Translations under genes and position numbers: made by a program
Notes under the pieces: model-generated
The model's input: the letters and a program-made list of their open reading frames with translations, nothing else
What the model was told of the DNA's origin: nothing
The model's database searches: none
Shown: one piece after another, positions 28,884 through 39,031 of the stretch
How the letters are laid out: the number at the start of each line of letters is the position of its first letter
Position numbering within the stretch: the first letter of the stretch is position 1
Origin: Hyphococcus sp.
Lineage (GTDB): Bacteria > Pseudomonadota > Alphaproteobacteria > Caulobacterales > Parvularculaceae
Length of the DNA stretch: 64,000 nt
NCBI RefSeq assembly: GCF_965267305.1
Contig: NZ_OZ253945.1
Coordinates: 477,055 to 541,054, forward strand
Direction of reading: 5' to 3'

Positions 28884-29037
28884 CGCTCTCGCTAACAGGG
28901 TGGCGCCGAGGCAACAGCCTGCGTCTTCCTGCACGGCGCTCTGGCGCCTTCACGAAAGCGCAACATAACTGTCACTCAGACGTTTCAATCGATCCCTAGG
29001 GACTGCTGCATTGCAACATTCTTTGGGGATATCCAAC

Positions 29038-31401
29038 ATGCATCGCGTCCTTCTTTGCTCGGCGGCTCTTTCAGCGCTCGCCGTGAACGCCGCCGCCCAA
29101 ACCAATGACGACCCGTTCCGGGATGAAATCATCGTCTACACCCAGAAGCGCGAGCAGTCGGTTCAGGATGTGCCGATTGCGGTGACGGCCTACAGCGAAG
29201 AGCAGTTGAAGGCGCTCGGCGTGCAGCAATTCGACGATCTCGCCGACTTCGTCCCCGGTCTTGAAGTGCAGGAGCAGAGCCCGAACAACCCCGGTTTCGT
29301 CATTCGCGGGATCACATCGGATTCCGGCGCGGCCAATATCGAGCCCCGGGTGTCGGTGTTTCAGGATGGCGTTTCCGTGTCGCGCTCGCGCGGCTCTTTC
29401 GTTGAGCTTTTCGATGCGTCCGTCGAAGTCGCCAAGGGCCCGCAATCGACCCTGTTCGGCCGGTCGGCGCTAATCGGCGCCATCAACATCATCCAGAACA
29501 AGCCGACTTACGAGTTCGGCGCCGAACTGCGCGCCGGCTACGGCAATTACGATTATCAACTCGTGGACGGTTTCGTGAACATCCCGCTGGCCGAAGACCT
29601 TGCGGCGTTCCGCGGGTCGTTCCGATACAAGAAGCGCGACGGCTATGTGGAGAACGGGCTCGGCGGCGCCGATTTCAACGGCTTTGAACTCGCCGCCTTC
29701 CGCGGCGCCCTGCGCCTCGATCCTATGGACACCCTGCGCATCGATGTAATCGGCAATTATCAGAGCGACAACAACTCCGGCACCTCGTTCAAATCCGGCA
29801 CGTTCATTCCCTCGAGCGGCGACATCGCGCCCTGGGCGCCCGCCGATCTCAACACCTTTGGCGGTTTCGAAGGCGGCGAGGAGCTTGGCGTCGAGCGCGA
29901 GGTCTGGGGCGTCACCGGGCTCGTGCAATGGGATGTGACGGACGCGGTCAGCATCAACTCGGTGACCGGTTATCGCGAATTCGACTCGCTTGAGGTTTTC
30001 GATCCGGACGGGTTCGCGCTGCCGCTTTTCGTCTTCGCGGAAGATGCGCAGGGCGAACAGTTCAGTCAGGAGCTGCGCATCAGCTATGACGATGGCGGTT
30101 TCGTCAGCGGCTTTGTGGGCGCCTCCTATTTCAGCGAAGACGGCTCGCAGCGCGTGCCGCTGCAGTTCGACGAGCGCGCCGTGCAGGCGCTGCTTGGCGG
30201 GTTTTTGTTTACCGATCTCCCGGGCGCGCCGCAGCCGACCCTGCCGATCGGCCTCTTCCCCGATTTCAACGCCGATCCCGGATCGCCGCTTTTCCTGACG
30301 CCCTTAAAACCGGTTCACGCCGAAGAATTCTCCAATTTCGGCGAGACCGATGCTTACGAAGTCTTTGCTGACCTGACGTTCCGGCTGACGGAAGATCTCG
30401 AACTCATCGTCGGCGCCCGTTACTCCTCGGAAGACAAGCGGGTGGGGTATAACGCCGGCCTGTTGAACGGGGCGAGCGCGCTCACCGGCGCAGGCCTCTT
30501 CATCGGGGCGACCGCTTTCAACAATTTCAACACCGTCTATGTGGATGGCGATTTCGACGGCTTCACCTGGCGCGCGGCGCTCAATTATGCGCTGGGCGAT
30601 AATCTCAATCTCTATTTCAACTATGGCCGCGGTCGGCGTCCGGAAGTGCTCGAATTCAACAACGATACGTCCAGCATTGGCGTCAATCTCGACGAGTTCG
30701 TCACGATCCCGGCGGAAACGGTTGATTCCTATGAACTCGGCTTCAAGGCCCGCGGGTTTGACGGCGCGCTCCTTCTCGACATGTCGGGCTATTATTATTC
30801 CTATACGAACTTCCAGTCGTCGATCGTGACGGGGGCAGGGATGTTCGAGACCATCAATGCCGGCAGCGCCAACGCCGTCGGTCTTGAAGCTGTAACGGTC
30901 TATCAGCCCGCCGACTGGGCCAGGATTTTCGCCACCTATTCCTACAACAAGTCGCGCTTTGACGAGACCGATGAAGACGGCAATCCGCTCGCCTTCGCCG
31001 ACAATCAGTTCCGCCTGAGCCCCGACCATTCAGTGTCGGTCGGCGGGACCTTCTCTGCGGCGGCGCCTTACGGCGTCTTCTCTCTGACGCCGGCCTATGT
31101 TTATCGCACGAAAGTCTTTTTCGACGATAATAACGACTTCCGCGTCAACCCGATCAATGGCGCGCTCCTCCAGCCTCTCGATTTCTTCCAGGACGAGTTC
31201 CAGGACGGCTACGGGATTTTCGACATGCGCCTGCGCTTCGACTCCGCGGATGACCGCTGGAGCGCCGAGCTCTTCGTCGAAAACCTTTTCGACAAGGAGT
31301 TCATCATCGACGCCGGCAACACCGGCGACGGCTTCGGCATTCCGACCTTCATCGCCGGGGCGCCGCGCATGTTCGGCGGCTATCTGACCGTCCGCTACTA
31401 A
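29038..31401 (+). CDS. TonB-dependent outer-membrane receptor
   Basis: It has a signal peptide (...AVNAAAQ), the plug motifs IIVYTQKREQSVQDVPIAVT and GPQSTLFG, and the C-terminal beta-barrel ending ...GGYLTVRY. Confidence 0.9.
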   Translation: MHRVLLCSAALSALAVNAAAQTNDDPFRDEIIVYTQKREQSVQDVPIAVTAYSEEQLKALGVQQFDDLADFVPGLEVQEQSPNNPGFVIRGITSDSGAANIEPRVSVFQDGVSVSRSRGSFVELFDASVEVAKGPQSTLFGRSALIGAINIIQNKPTYEFGAELRAGYGNYDYQLVDGFVNIPLAEDLAAFRGSFRYKKRDGYVENGLGGADFNGFELAAFRGALRLDPMDTLRIDVIGNYQSDNNSGTSFKSGTFIPSSGDIAPWAPADLNTFGGFEGGEELGVEREVWGVTGLVQWDVTDAVSINSVTGYREFDSLEVFDPDGFALPLFVFAEDAQGEQFSQELRISYDDGGFVSGFVGASYFSEDGSQRVPLQFDERAVQALLGGFLFTDLPGAPQPTLPIGLFPDFNADPGSPLFLTPLKPVHAEEFSNFGETDAYEVFADLTFRLTEDLELIVGARYSSEDKRVGYNAGLLNGASALTGAGLFIGATAFNNFNTVYVDGDFDGFTWRAALNYALGDNLNLYFNYGRGRRPEVLEFNNDTSSIGVNLDEFVTIPAETVDSYELGFKARGFDGALLLDMSGYYYSYTNFQSSIVTGAGMFETINAGSANAVGLEAVTVYQPADWARIFATYSYNKSRFDETDEDGNPLAFADNQFRLSPDHSVSVGGTFSAAAPYGVFSLTPAYVYRTKVFFDDNNDFRVNPINGALLQPLDFFQDEFQDGYGIFDMRLRFDSADDRWSAELFVENLFDKEFIIDAGNTGDGFGIPTFIAGAPRMFGGYLTVRY

Positions 31402-31414
31402 GCGCCTGTCAAAA

Positions 31415-31438
31415 GGGTTTCCGCCGCGGCGGAAACCC
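31415..31438. terminator. GC-rich hairpin downstream of the receptor gene
   Basis: GGGTTTCCG-CCGCGG-CGGAAACCC forms a 9-bp stem. An A-run precedes it but no clean T-run follows on the + strand. Confidence 0.4.
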
Positions 31439-31478
31439 GCCTATTCTCGCCCTTCGCCATTTGAGAAGGAGGGCGGGA

Positions 31479-31709
31479 ATGCTGGAGCTGCGCCCCAATT
31501 GCGAACGCTGCGACAAGGACCTGCCGCCGGAGGCGGAAGCGCGCATCTGTTCCTTTGAATGCACCTTCTGCCCCGATTGCGCGGAAGGCGCGCTTGAAGG
31601 CGTCTGCCCCAATTGCGGCGGCGATTTCGAAAAGCGCCCGGTGAGGCCCGCGGAACTTCTGGCCAAGTTTCCGCCTTCGGCGAACCGCGTCCTGAAGCCG
31701 GCCTCATGA
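31479..31709 (+). CDS. DUF1272 Cys-rich (zinc-ribbon-like) protein
   Basis: The sequence MLELRPNCERCDKDLPPEAEARICSFECTFCPDCAE..CPNCGG matches the DUF1272 pattern. Confidence 0.75.
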   Translation: MLELRPNCERCDKDLPPEAEARICSFECTFCPDCAEGALEGVCPNCGGDFEKRPVRPAELLAKFPPSANRVLKPAS

Positions 31710-32131
31710 ACGCGCAATGGATCATTGCAGCGGGGGCGTTTGTCTTCTTCCTGCTTGGCGCCTTGCACCTGCGCATCACCGCGGCGGACCTGAAAGAACC
31801 GAGAAAATTCGCGCCCGCGAACCGGGCGCTCTTGCCCGCGCTCATGGAAACCCGCATCGCCATGCGCAAGGACGTCAAGAATTTCTGGCTGTCCTATCTC
31901 GGCTTTCATTTCTCCCATAGCCTCGGCCTGATCTTCTATGGCCTGACAGTCGCCTATTGCGGGCTCGTGCGTCCGGATATTCTGGCCGATGTCTTTGTCC
32001 GGGTGGCGATCGTCGCCTTCGGCGCGTCTTATGTCCTGATGTCGCGGGCTTTCTGGTTCGTCATTCCGCTCGCCGGTTCCGCGCTGGGCGTAACGCTGAT
32101 CGCTCTCGGCATGGCGATGCTTTATTCGTAA
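31706..32131 (+). CDS. hypothetical membrane protein (4 TM)
   Basis: 141 aa from the ATG at 31706. It overlaps the DUF1272 stop as ATGA. Confidence 0.55.
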   Translation: MNAQWIIAAGAFVFFLLGALHLRITAADLKEPRKFAPANRALLPALMETRIAMRKDVKNFWLSYLGFHFSHSLGLIFYGLTVAYCGLVRPDILADVFVRVAIVAFGASYVLMSRAFWFVIPLAGSALGVTLIALGMAMLYS

Positions 32132-32146
32132 CCTAAGGTTTTCTCC

Positions 32147-32830
32147 ATGAAATTTGTTTTCGATCCTCCGCCGCAGCCTGCGGCGCGCATCGCCGGCGGC
32201 GGGCTTTTTCCAGTGCGGCGGATTTTCTGCATCGGCCGAAACTACGCCGACCATGTGCGCGAAATGGGCGGGGATCCAAAAGCGCAGCCGCCGGTGTTTT
32301 TTACAAAGCCCGCTGATGCGGTCACGGCAGACGGATCGGTCATTCCCTATGCTCAGGCGACGGACGACCTTCATTACGAAGGCGAGCTCGTTGTCGCGCT
32401 GAAAGCTGGGGGCAAAAACATCGGCGCAGAGAAAGCAAGCGACATGATTTTCGGTTATGCCGCAGGGTGCGACCTTACGAGACGCGATCACCAGCGCCGT
32501 GCGAAAGACGCGGGCGCGCCATGGGATACGGCGAAGGGCTTCGACCTTTCCGCGCCCATGGGCGATATCATTCCTGCGAATGAGGTGGGCGATCTTTCCA
32601 CGGCAGAGATCAAAACGCTCGTCAATGGCGAGACGCGCCAGTCGGCGCCCCTGTCGCAGATGATCTGGTCCGTCGGCGACATCATTGCGGCGCTCTCGGA
32701 ACAATTCGAGCTGAAAGCCGGCGATCTCATTTTCACCGGCACGCCGGAAGGCGTCGGGCCCCTTGAGCGCGGCGATGCGGTGACGGTCGAGGCTGGCCCT
32801 TGCAGCCTTTCCTTCCGGATTGCCGAATGA
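32147..32830 (+). CDS. fumarylacetoacetate hydrolase (FAH) family protein
   Basis: 227 aa. It contains IFCIGRNYADH, HYEGELVVAL and DLIFTGTPEGVGP motifs. Confidence 0.85.
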   Translation: MKFVFDPPPQPAARIAGGGLFPVRRIFCIGRNYADHVREMGGDPKAQPPVFFTKPADAVTADGSVIPYAQATDDLHYEGELVVALKAGGKNIGAEKASDMIFGYAAGCDLTRRDHQRRAKDAGAPWDTAKGFDLSAPMGDIIPANEVGDLSTAEIKTLVNGETRQSAPLSQMIWSVGDIIAALSEQFELKAGDLIFTGTPEGVGPLERGDAVTVEAGPCSLSFRIAE

Positions 32831-33756
32831 GCCTTGAGAGGAAGACGGCGGCGCCGGCGATCGGCCCCAAGCTGCAGGGCCATCTCGCCATGGCGCTGTT
32901 CGCGTTTCTGATCTCTTTCTCGTTTTTCATCGGCAAACGCGCGGCGCCCCATATCGACCCTGCGGCGCTTACCGCCGTGCGCTACATGGTCGCCATCCCG
33001 ATCCTCGGCGCCATCGCCTTCGCCATCACGCCGCAATCGGCGCGCAGCACATTGATCCGCCCGCCCGCCATCTGGCGCTTCCCCATTCTCGGCGGGCTGA
33101 TGGGAATCTATTTCATTCTCATGTTTGTGGCCTTGCGCCTGACGAGTTCCGTTTCCACCGGCGCCGTTCTCACTCTGATGCCGCTGATGACGGCGGTGTT
33201 GAGCTTCTTCCTCCTGCGTCAGAAGGCGGGCGTCACCGTGATGGGCAGCCTGACGCTTGCGGCGCTGGGCGCGGTCTGGGTGATTTTCCGCGGCGACATC
33301 AACGCCATTCTGTCTTTCGCCGTAGGCAAAGGGGAGGTGATCTTCTTCCTGGGCGTCATCGCCCATGCGCTGCACAACCCGCTGGTCAAGAAGTTCAACC
33401 GCGGGGAGTCGACCATTATTTTCGCTTTATGGTCGGCCATTGGCGCGGGCGCGTGCCTCCTCCTCTACGGCGCGCCGGCGCTCCTTGCGACCGACTGGGG
33501 GCATTTGCCGCCGGTCGTCTGGTGGTGCATCGTCTATCTTGGGACGGTGGCGACGGCGGGGTCTTACTTCCTTCTGCAGTTCGGCCTCTTGCGCATCCCG
33601 GCGGCGAAGGCGAACGCTTATATGCTGCTGACCCCGAGCTATGTGATCCTCATGGAGGGGTTCGCAGGCTCCGGCTGGGTCAGCCCGCAAGTCATGGCTG
33701 GCGCGCTTGTTACCGTCATCGGGCTTGCCATTCTTATCGCTTCACCTGAAGTTTGA
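32827..33756 (+). CDS. DMT-superfamily (EamA) transporter
   Basis: About 309 aa with 10 TM helices in two EamA-like halves. It overlaps the FAH gene as ATGA. Confidence 0.8.
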   Translation: MSLERKTAAPAIGPKLQGHLAMALFAFLISFSFFIGKRAAPHIDPAALTAVRYMVAIPILGAIAFAITPQSARSTLIRPPAIWRFPILGGLMGIYFILMFVALRLTSSVSTGAVLTLMPLMTAVLSFFLLRQKAGVTVMGSLTLAALGAVWVIFRGDINAILSFAVGKGEVIFFLGVIAHALHNPLVKKFNRGESTIIFALWSAIGAGACLLLYGAPALLATDWGHLPPVVWWCIVYLGTVATAGSYFLLQFGLLRIPAAKANAYMLLTPSYVILMEGFAGSGWVSPQVMAGALVTVIGLAILIASPEV

Positions 33757-33759
33757 GCC

Positions 33760-34230
33760 ATGGACGCAAGAACAAAAAAACACCGCTACGAGGAAACCGC
33801 AAAGGAAATCGCCGCCGTCATCGAGGGCGAGACAAACCGTGTCGCGCGCATGGCGACGGTCTCCAACATCCTCCATCACGCCTTCGAGCATTATTTCTGG
33901 ACCGGCTTCTATGTCGTCGATCCGGAAAAACCGGACGAACTCGTCATCGGCCCCTATCAGGGGACGCTCGGCTGCCTGCGCATTCCTTTCGGCAAGGGTG
34001 TCTGCGGCGCCGCCGCGGCGAGCCGCGAAACGCAGATCGTCGAGGATGTGCATGCCTTTCCCGGACACATTGCTTGCGACGCGCGGTCCGAATCCGAAAT
34101 CGTCGTGCCGGTCTTTGACGCCTCCGGCGCGCTCATCGCCGTCTTTGACGTCGACAGCGACAAGAAAAGTCAGTTCGACAATGTGGACAAAGAGAGTCTC
34201 GAAAAAATAATGAAAGGAGTCTTTCTATGA
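33760..34230 (+). CDS. GAF-domain protein (free methionine-R-sulfoxide reductase-like)
   Basis: 156 aa. It contains WTGFYVV, GPYQGTLGCLRIPFGKGVCG and FPGHIACD..SESEIVVPV, matching the YebR/MsrC type. Confidence 0.8.
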   Translation: MDARTKKHRYEETAKEIAAVIEGETNRVARMATVSNILHHAFEHYFWTGFYVVDPEKPDELVIGPYQGTLGCLRIPFGKGVCGAAAASRETQIVEDVHAFPGHIACDARSESEIVVPVFDASGALIAVFDVDSDKKSQFDNVDKESLEKIMKGVFL

Positions 34231-34661
34231 CGACCGCTCAAATGGTTTTGTTCGCCGCCGTTCTGGCGCAGGTTGCGTTGACAATTGTCGTTTATCTCAT
34301 GCTCGTGCGCGCGCGTTTCGCTCATGCCAGCAACCCCGCCAATCTGAAACCGGAACTCGCCTACGATCAGGCGGCGTGGCCTGTTAAAGCGCGCCAGATC
34401 AGCAACTCGGTGGAAAGCCAGTTCGAATTGCCCGTGCTGTTTTATGTCGGCGTCCTGTTCGCTTTTCAGTTGGGCGCCGCAGGCTGGATCGCAGCGATCC
34501 TCGCCTGGGTTTTTGTCGCGACGCGTCTCGTTCACGCCGCCATTCACATCGGCAAGAATGTCGTCATGCAGCGTTTCGGCTTTTTTCTCGCCGGTTTCGT
34601 CGCTGTTGCGGTTTTATGGATTTACCTCGCGGCCCATGTCTTCAGCATGGGCGCTATCTGA
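34227..34661 (+). CDS. MAPEG-family membrane protein
   Basis: 144 aa with 4 TM helices and an RLVHAAIH motif. It overlaps the GAF gene by 4 nt. Confidence 0.7.
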   Translation: MTTAQMVLFAAVLAQVALTIVVYLMLVRARFAHASNPANLKPELAYDQAAWPVKARQISNSVESQFELPVLFYVGVLFAFQLGAAGWIAAILAWVFVATRLVHAAIHIGKNVVMQRFGFFLAGFVAVAVLWIYLAAHVFSMGAI

Positions 34662-34683
34662 CAAACGCAAGAAGGGGATAGGG

Positions 34684-35973
34684 ATGAAACAAGAAAAGAC
34701 GTTCATGCGCGCAGTGGCCGCTGTGCTGGCGGCCGCCATTATCACGGTTTCCGCTGGCGGCGAGGCTTTCGCCCGTGACCGCTCTCAACTTTCTGCTGAG
34801 GCGCTCGAACGGATCGACGCCGTGCTTCAGGCGGAAATCGATGACGGAAACCGGGCGGGTTATGTGGCGGCGGTCGTCACCAAAGAAGGCGTAGCCTATA
34901 AGAAAGCCTTCGGCAAAGCGGATCCCTTCAACGACAAACCCATGACGACGGACACGCGGTTTCGCATCGCATCCATGACCAAGCCGGTGATTTCCGTGGC
35001 GGTGATGCAGCTTGTGGATCGCGGTCTCGTTGCGCTCAGCGACCCGGTGGAGCGTTTCATTCCCGCCTATGCCAATCCGCAGGTTGCGGTCAGCAAGAAC
35101 CGCCAGAAGGACGGCTCTTTCGAGACCCGCCCCGCCAAACGCTCGATCACCATTCATGACCTCCTCACTCATACGGCCGGCATCGGCTATGTGTTCTCCA
35201 TGGAGAGCGATCTCGACAAGGCCTATCTCGAGGCGAACCTGCTGCTGACGGAAGGCGATCTCGGCGAACGCATCGACCAGATCGCTGCGCTGCCGCTTCT
35301 CACGGAGCCGGGCGAGAAATGGGAATACAGCTATTCCATCGATGTTCTGGGCCGCATCATCGAGGTCGTTAGCGGCATGGAGCTCGAAGCTTATTTGCAG
35401 GAGAACGTGTTCGCGCCGCTGCGCATGACCGAGACCGAATTCTTTCTCAACGAAGAGGATTTCGACGGGCTGGCGGTTGTCGTCGAGTTTAACGAACAAG
35501 GCGAGATGATCCGCAGCGTCGGCAACGCGCTCAGCTCAAACGTCAATGACGAGGCCTTTGGCATCGCGTCAGGCGGCGCGGGGCTGGTCTCCAATGTCGA
35601 CGACTACGCGCGCTTCATGCGCATGCTTTTGAATGGCGGCGAGCTTGACGGCGCGCGCATTCTATCGCCGGCCACGGTGAAGCTGATGATGTCCGACCAC
35701 ACGCCCATGGAGGCGCGGCCGGAACCCTGGCAGAAGACGGGCACGACCTTCGGTCTCGGCGGCTATGTCGTGCTTGAGCCCGGCTATTCAGGGAATGTGG
35801 GCGCGGAGGGCGACTGGGGCTGGGCAGGTTATTGGGACACGCATTTCTTCGTCAACGCCGAGCAAAATATCGGCGCCATCCTGTTGGCGCAGACTCAGCC
35901 GAACCCATACATCAAACCTTCGCGGGCGCGCGATCTTGTGAAAGGCGTCGCTTACGGAGCCGTGAAGAAGTAG
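34684..35973 (+). CDS. serine hydrolase, class-C beta-lactamase/esterase family (exported)
   Basis: It has a signal peptide and the active-site motif S-M-T-K (FRIASMTKPV). I prefer ATG 34684, because the listed ORF start at 34444 overlaps the MAPEG gene. Confidence 0.85.
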   Translation: MKQEKTFMRAVAAVLAAAIITVSAGGEAFARDRSQLSAEALERIDAVLQAEIDDGNRAGYVAAVVTKEGVAYKKAFGKADPFNDKPMTTDTRFRIASMTKPVISVAVMQLVDRGLVALSDPVERFIPAYANPQVAVSKNRQKDGSFETRPAKRSITIHDLLTHTAGIGYVFSMESDLDKAYLEANLLLTEGDLGERIDQIAALPLLTEPGEKWEYSYSIDVLGRIIEVVSGMELEAYLQENVFAPLRMTETEFFLNEEDFDGLAVVVEFNEQGEMIRSVGNALSSNVNDEAFGIASGGAGLVSNVDDYARFMRMLLNGGELDGARILSPATVKLMMSDHTPMEARPEPWQKTGTTFGLGGYVVLEPGYSGNVGAEGDWGWAGYWDTHFFVNAEQNIGAILLAQTQPNPYIKPSRARDLVKGVAYGAVKK

Positions 35974-36029
35974 AGCCTGTTGAAGAGGGGCATCCCGGTG
36001 ATTTTACTCATCAGGATGCTCTCAACCGC

Positions 36030-36572
36030 TTAATCGTCATCATCGGAGTTGATGCGCTGGCGCTTGCGCTGGTCTTCGCGCAAGGCGGACTTCGCATTCT
36101 CGATAATCTTGCGGAGCCGGATCGGATCGTCGAGATCGGGAAGCTCGATCACGCCGACGCCGGTGCCGCGCAGGACCAGCTTGCCGTAGCTCAGAAGGCG
36201 GCCCCAGATCGATTGATGGAGTGTGATCTCCTCGATCTTGTTGAGGCTCACTTCCTGGGTGTTCCGCGAGATGAGGCCGGTCTTGTAAACGAAGCGATAG
36301 GTCGTGACGACAATCTCGGTCGTGATGAGAATGATCAGATGATTGAGCAGGATGAGCGCGCCACAGGCGGCGGCGACGCCCGCCGACCACCACGCGACTT
36401 TCAGCGCTTCATAGGGGCGCCCCGCTGCGAACTGAATGTAAAAGATGAACGCCAGCGACGCCGCCCCGAGGGCGAACCACATCATCGGAAAGAAGCTGTA
36501 GGTCCAGTTGAAATTGGCGCGGTGAATGATTTCCTCGCCCCCCGCCAGCGTCTTATCAACATAACCCGACAT
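36030..36572 (-). CDS. bacterial PH-domain (bPH_2, YdbS/YdbT-like) membrane protein
   Basis: About 180 aa from ATG 36572. It has two TM helices followed by a PH-like domain (YRFVYKTGLISRNTQEVSLNKIEE). Confidence 0.7.
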   Translation of the reverse strand: MSGYVDKTLAGGEEIIHRANFNWTYSFFPMMWFALGAASLAFIFYIQFAAGRPYEALKVAWWSAGVAAACGALILLNHLIILITTEIVVTTYRFVYKTGLISRNTQEVSLNKIEEITLHQSIWGRLLSYGKLVLRGTGVGVIELPDLDDPIRLRKIIENAKSALREDQRKRQRINSDDDD

Positions 36573-36760
36573 GTGCCCGTTTCCCCGCGTTGAAATTATT
36601 CTTGTCCCCAAGGGCGCAACCCGCCCGCCCATCCTATATAGGCGATGCGGAAGGGATCGAAAACGCCGTCTCACGTTGAAATCGGGCGCTTTCGGGGATA
36701 AGAGGCGGCGCTGTTCCCCTCCTGCAACGCAATAAATCCTTCAAGGAGCCCCAGGGCCTT

Positions 36761-38428
36761 ATGGCGAAATATCAATATATCTACTTCATGTCCGGCCTGT
36801 CGAAGCAGTTCACCGGCGGCAAAAAGATATTGGAAGACATACACTTACAGTTTTTTCCCGACGCCAAGATCGGTGTCGTGGGGGTCAACGGGTCCGGTAA
36901 GTCGACGCTTCTGAAGATCATGGCTGGCGTCGACAAGGAATTTAACGGCGAGGCCTACGCCGCCGATGGCGCGAAGGTCGGTTTTCTTCCGCAGGAGCCC
37001 GAGCTCGACAAGTCCAAGACCGTTTTCGAGAACGTGATGGACGGTGTTGGCGAGATCAAGGCCAAGATCGACGAATTCAACGCCGTCTCCATGGAGCTTG
37101 GAGAGAACTACACCGATGAGCTAATGGAAAAGATGTCGAAGCTCCAGGAGGAGATCGACGCGGCCGACGGCTGGGACATCGAATCGAAAGTCGAAATGGC
37201 CATGGAGGCGTTGCGCTGTCCGCCCGGCGACTGGGCCGTCGACAAGCTCTCGGGCGGGGAAAAGCGCCGGGTGGCGCTCGCCCAGCTGCTGCTTTCCAAG
37301 CCTGACCTGCTCCTGCTCGACGAACCGACCAACCATCTCGACGCCGAATCCGTCGCCTGGCTCGAAAACCATTTGCGCGAATTCCCGGGCGCCGTGGTGC
37401 TCGTCACCCACGACCGCTACTTCCTCGACAATGTGACGGGCTGGATTCTCGAACTCGACCGGGGCCGGGGCATTCCCTATCAGGGCAACTATTCCTCCTG
37501 GGTCGATCAGAAACGCAAGCGCCTCGAACAGGAGCAGCGCGAGGAAGCGAACCGCAAGAAAACCCTCGACCGCGAAGTGGACTGGATCCGCTCCAGCCCG
37601 AAAGCCCGTCAGGCGAAGTCGAAAGCGCGTATCAACGCCTATGACGAGCTGCTCAACAAGGCGGCGAAAGAAGACATCAACACCGCGCAGATCCAGATCC
37701 CGCCGGGCCCGCGCCTTGGCGGCGTCGTCATCGAAGCCGAGAACCTCAAGAAAGGCTTCGGCGACAAGCTTCTCTTCGACGGGCTTTCGTTCAAGCTGCC
37801 GCCGGGCGGCATTGTCGGCGTTATTGGCCCCAACGGCGCGGGCAAGACCACGCTCTTCCGCATGCTGACCGGACAGGATACGCCCGACGACGGCGCCTTG
37901 CGCGTCGGCGAGACCGTGAAGATGGGCTATGTGGACCAGTCGCGCGAAGACCTCGATCCCAATCACAATGTCTGGGAGGAAATCTCCGGCGGGCTCGACG
38001 TCATCCAGCTCGGCAAGCGCGAGATCCCGTCCCGCGCCTATGTGGGCTGGTTCAATTTCAAGGGAGGCGATCAGCAGAAGAGAGTCGGCAATCTCTCAGG
38101 CGGGGAGCGCAACCGTGTCCAGCTCGCCAAGATGCTGACCGAGGGCGCCAACTTATTGCTGCTCGACGAACCGACCAACGATCTCGATGTCGACACGCTG
38201 CGCGAGCTTGAGCGGGCGCTTGAAGACTTCGCCGGCTGCGCCGTCATCATCTCCCACGATCGCTGGTTCCTCGACCGCATCGCAACCCACATTCTCGCCT
38301 TCGAGGGCGACAGCCATGTGGAATGGTTCGAGGGGAACTTTGAAGACTATATGGAAGATAAAAAGCGCCGGCTCGGGGCCGACGCCGATGTTCCGAAGCG
38401 GATCAAGTACAAGCCGCTGACGCGCTAA
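36761..38428 (+). CDS. ettA: energy-dependent translational throttle ABC-F ATPase EttA
   Basis: 555 aa. It has two ABC cassettes (GVNGSGKST and GPNGAGKTT, each with an LSGGE signature). The N-terminus is collinear with EttA. Confidence 0.95.
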   Translation: MAKYQYIYFMSGLSKQFTGGKKILEDIHLQFFPDAKIGVVGVNGSGKSTLLKIMAGVDKEFNGEAYAADGAKVGFLPQEPELDKSKTVFENVMDGVGEIKAKIDEFNAVSMELGENYTDELMEKMSKLQEEIDAADGWDIESKVEMAMEALRCPPGDWAVDKLSGGEKRRVALAQLLLSKPDLLLLDEPTNHLDAESVAWLENHLREFPGAVVLVTHDRYFLDNVTGWILELDRGRGIPYQGNYSSWVDQKRKRLEQEQREEANRKKTLDREVDWIRSSPKARQAKSKARINAYDELLNKAAKEDINTAQIQIPPGPRLGGVVIEAENLKKGFGDKLLFDGLSFKLPPGGIVGVIGPNGAGKTTLFRMLTGQDTPDDGALRVGETVKMGYVDQSREDLDPNHNVWEEISGGLDVIQLGKREIPSRAYVGWFNFKGGDQQKRVGNLSGGERNRVQLAKMLTEGANLLLLDEPTNDLDVDTLRELERALEDFAGCAVIISHDRWFLDRIATHILAFEGDSHVEWFEGNFEDYMEDKKRRLGADADVPKRIKYKPLTR

Positions 38429-38443
38429 TACATTGACGCCGGG

Positions 38444-39031
38444 TCAGCTGGTGCAGTCGTCGACCGCCACGCAAAGCTGAACCTTCGAGGAAACCCGCGG
38501 CCAGCGCATTGTCATGCGATCGAAATTGAGCGGCGTCGAAAGCACATGGTTGGTGATGCTCGGGTGATAGGTATATTGCATCTCAACAACGATTAGCGAA
38601 CTGATGCCGCTGAGGACGGTAGGATCGTTCAGCTTGACGTAGTCGGAGCCGACCGCATAGGGCGTGTTGCCGTCCGAGTCGCGGCTCCAGTGGACAATCG
38701 GATCGCCATCGGGGTCCGTGACGATGGAAACGAGTTTCAAAGACATCCCGGATGAGTCATTCGGTTCAACAATGCTTTTGACGCCTTCGAAGAGATCGTC
38801 CATCTCCGACACAAGCAGAAATTCCGACTGGGCGGCGAGGTCGGCGAGCGTGTTGGCGGAAATCGCCACCTTGCGGTTGACGGTCATGGCCGTCGACGCC
38901 TCCACGAGACCGAAGAAAAGCATCACCAGAATCGGCAGGAGGAGCGCGAACTCCGTCGCCGCCAGACCGCTTTCATTCCGGCGAATGCGAGTTATAGAAT
39001 TTCTGATGCGGATCATCATATGGCCGCTCAA
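38444..39031 (-). CDS. TadE-like pilus assembly (pseudopilin) protein
   Basis: It has the N-terminal TadE motif GLAATEFALLLPILVMLFFGLVE. It overlaps the upstream gene by 4 nt. Confidence 0.75.
   Translation of the reverse strand: MSGHMMIRIRNSITRIRRNESGLAATEFALLLPILVMLFFGLVEASTAMTVNRKVAISANTLADLAAQSEFLLVSEMDDLFEGVKSIVEPNDSSGMSLKLVSIVTDPDGDPIVHWSRDSDGNTPYAVGSDYVKLNDPTVLSGISSLIVVEMQYTYHPSITNHVLSTPLNFDRMTMRWPRVSSKVQLCVAVDDCTS

Noticed and set aside
28884-29037. A possible riboswitch or metal-regulator box upstream of the TonB-dependent receptor.
   Set aside because: The leader is only ~150 nt. I could not recognise a cobalamin B12-box, TPP or other riboswitch core, nor a Fur, Irr or RirA-type box. 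There is nothing I can support.
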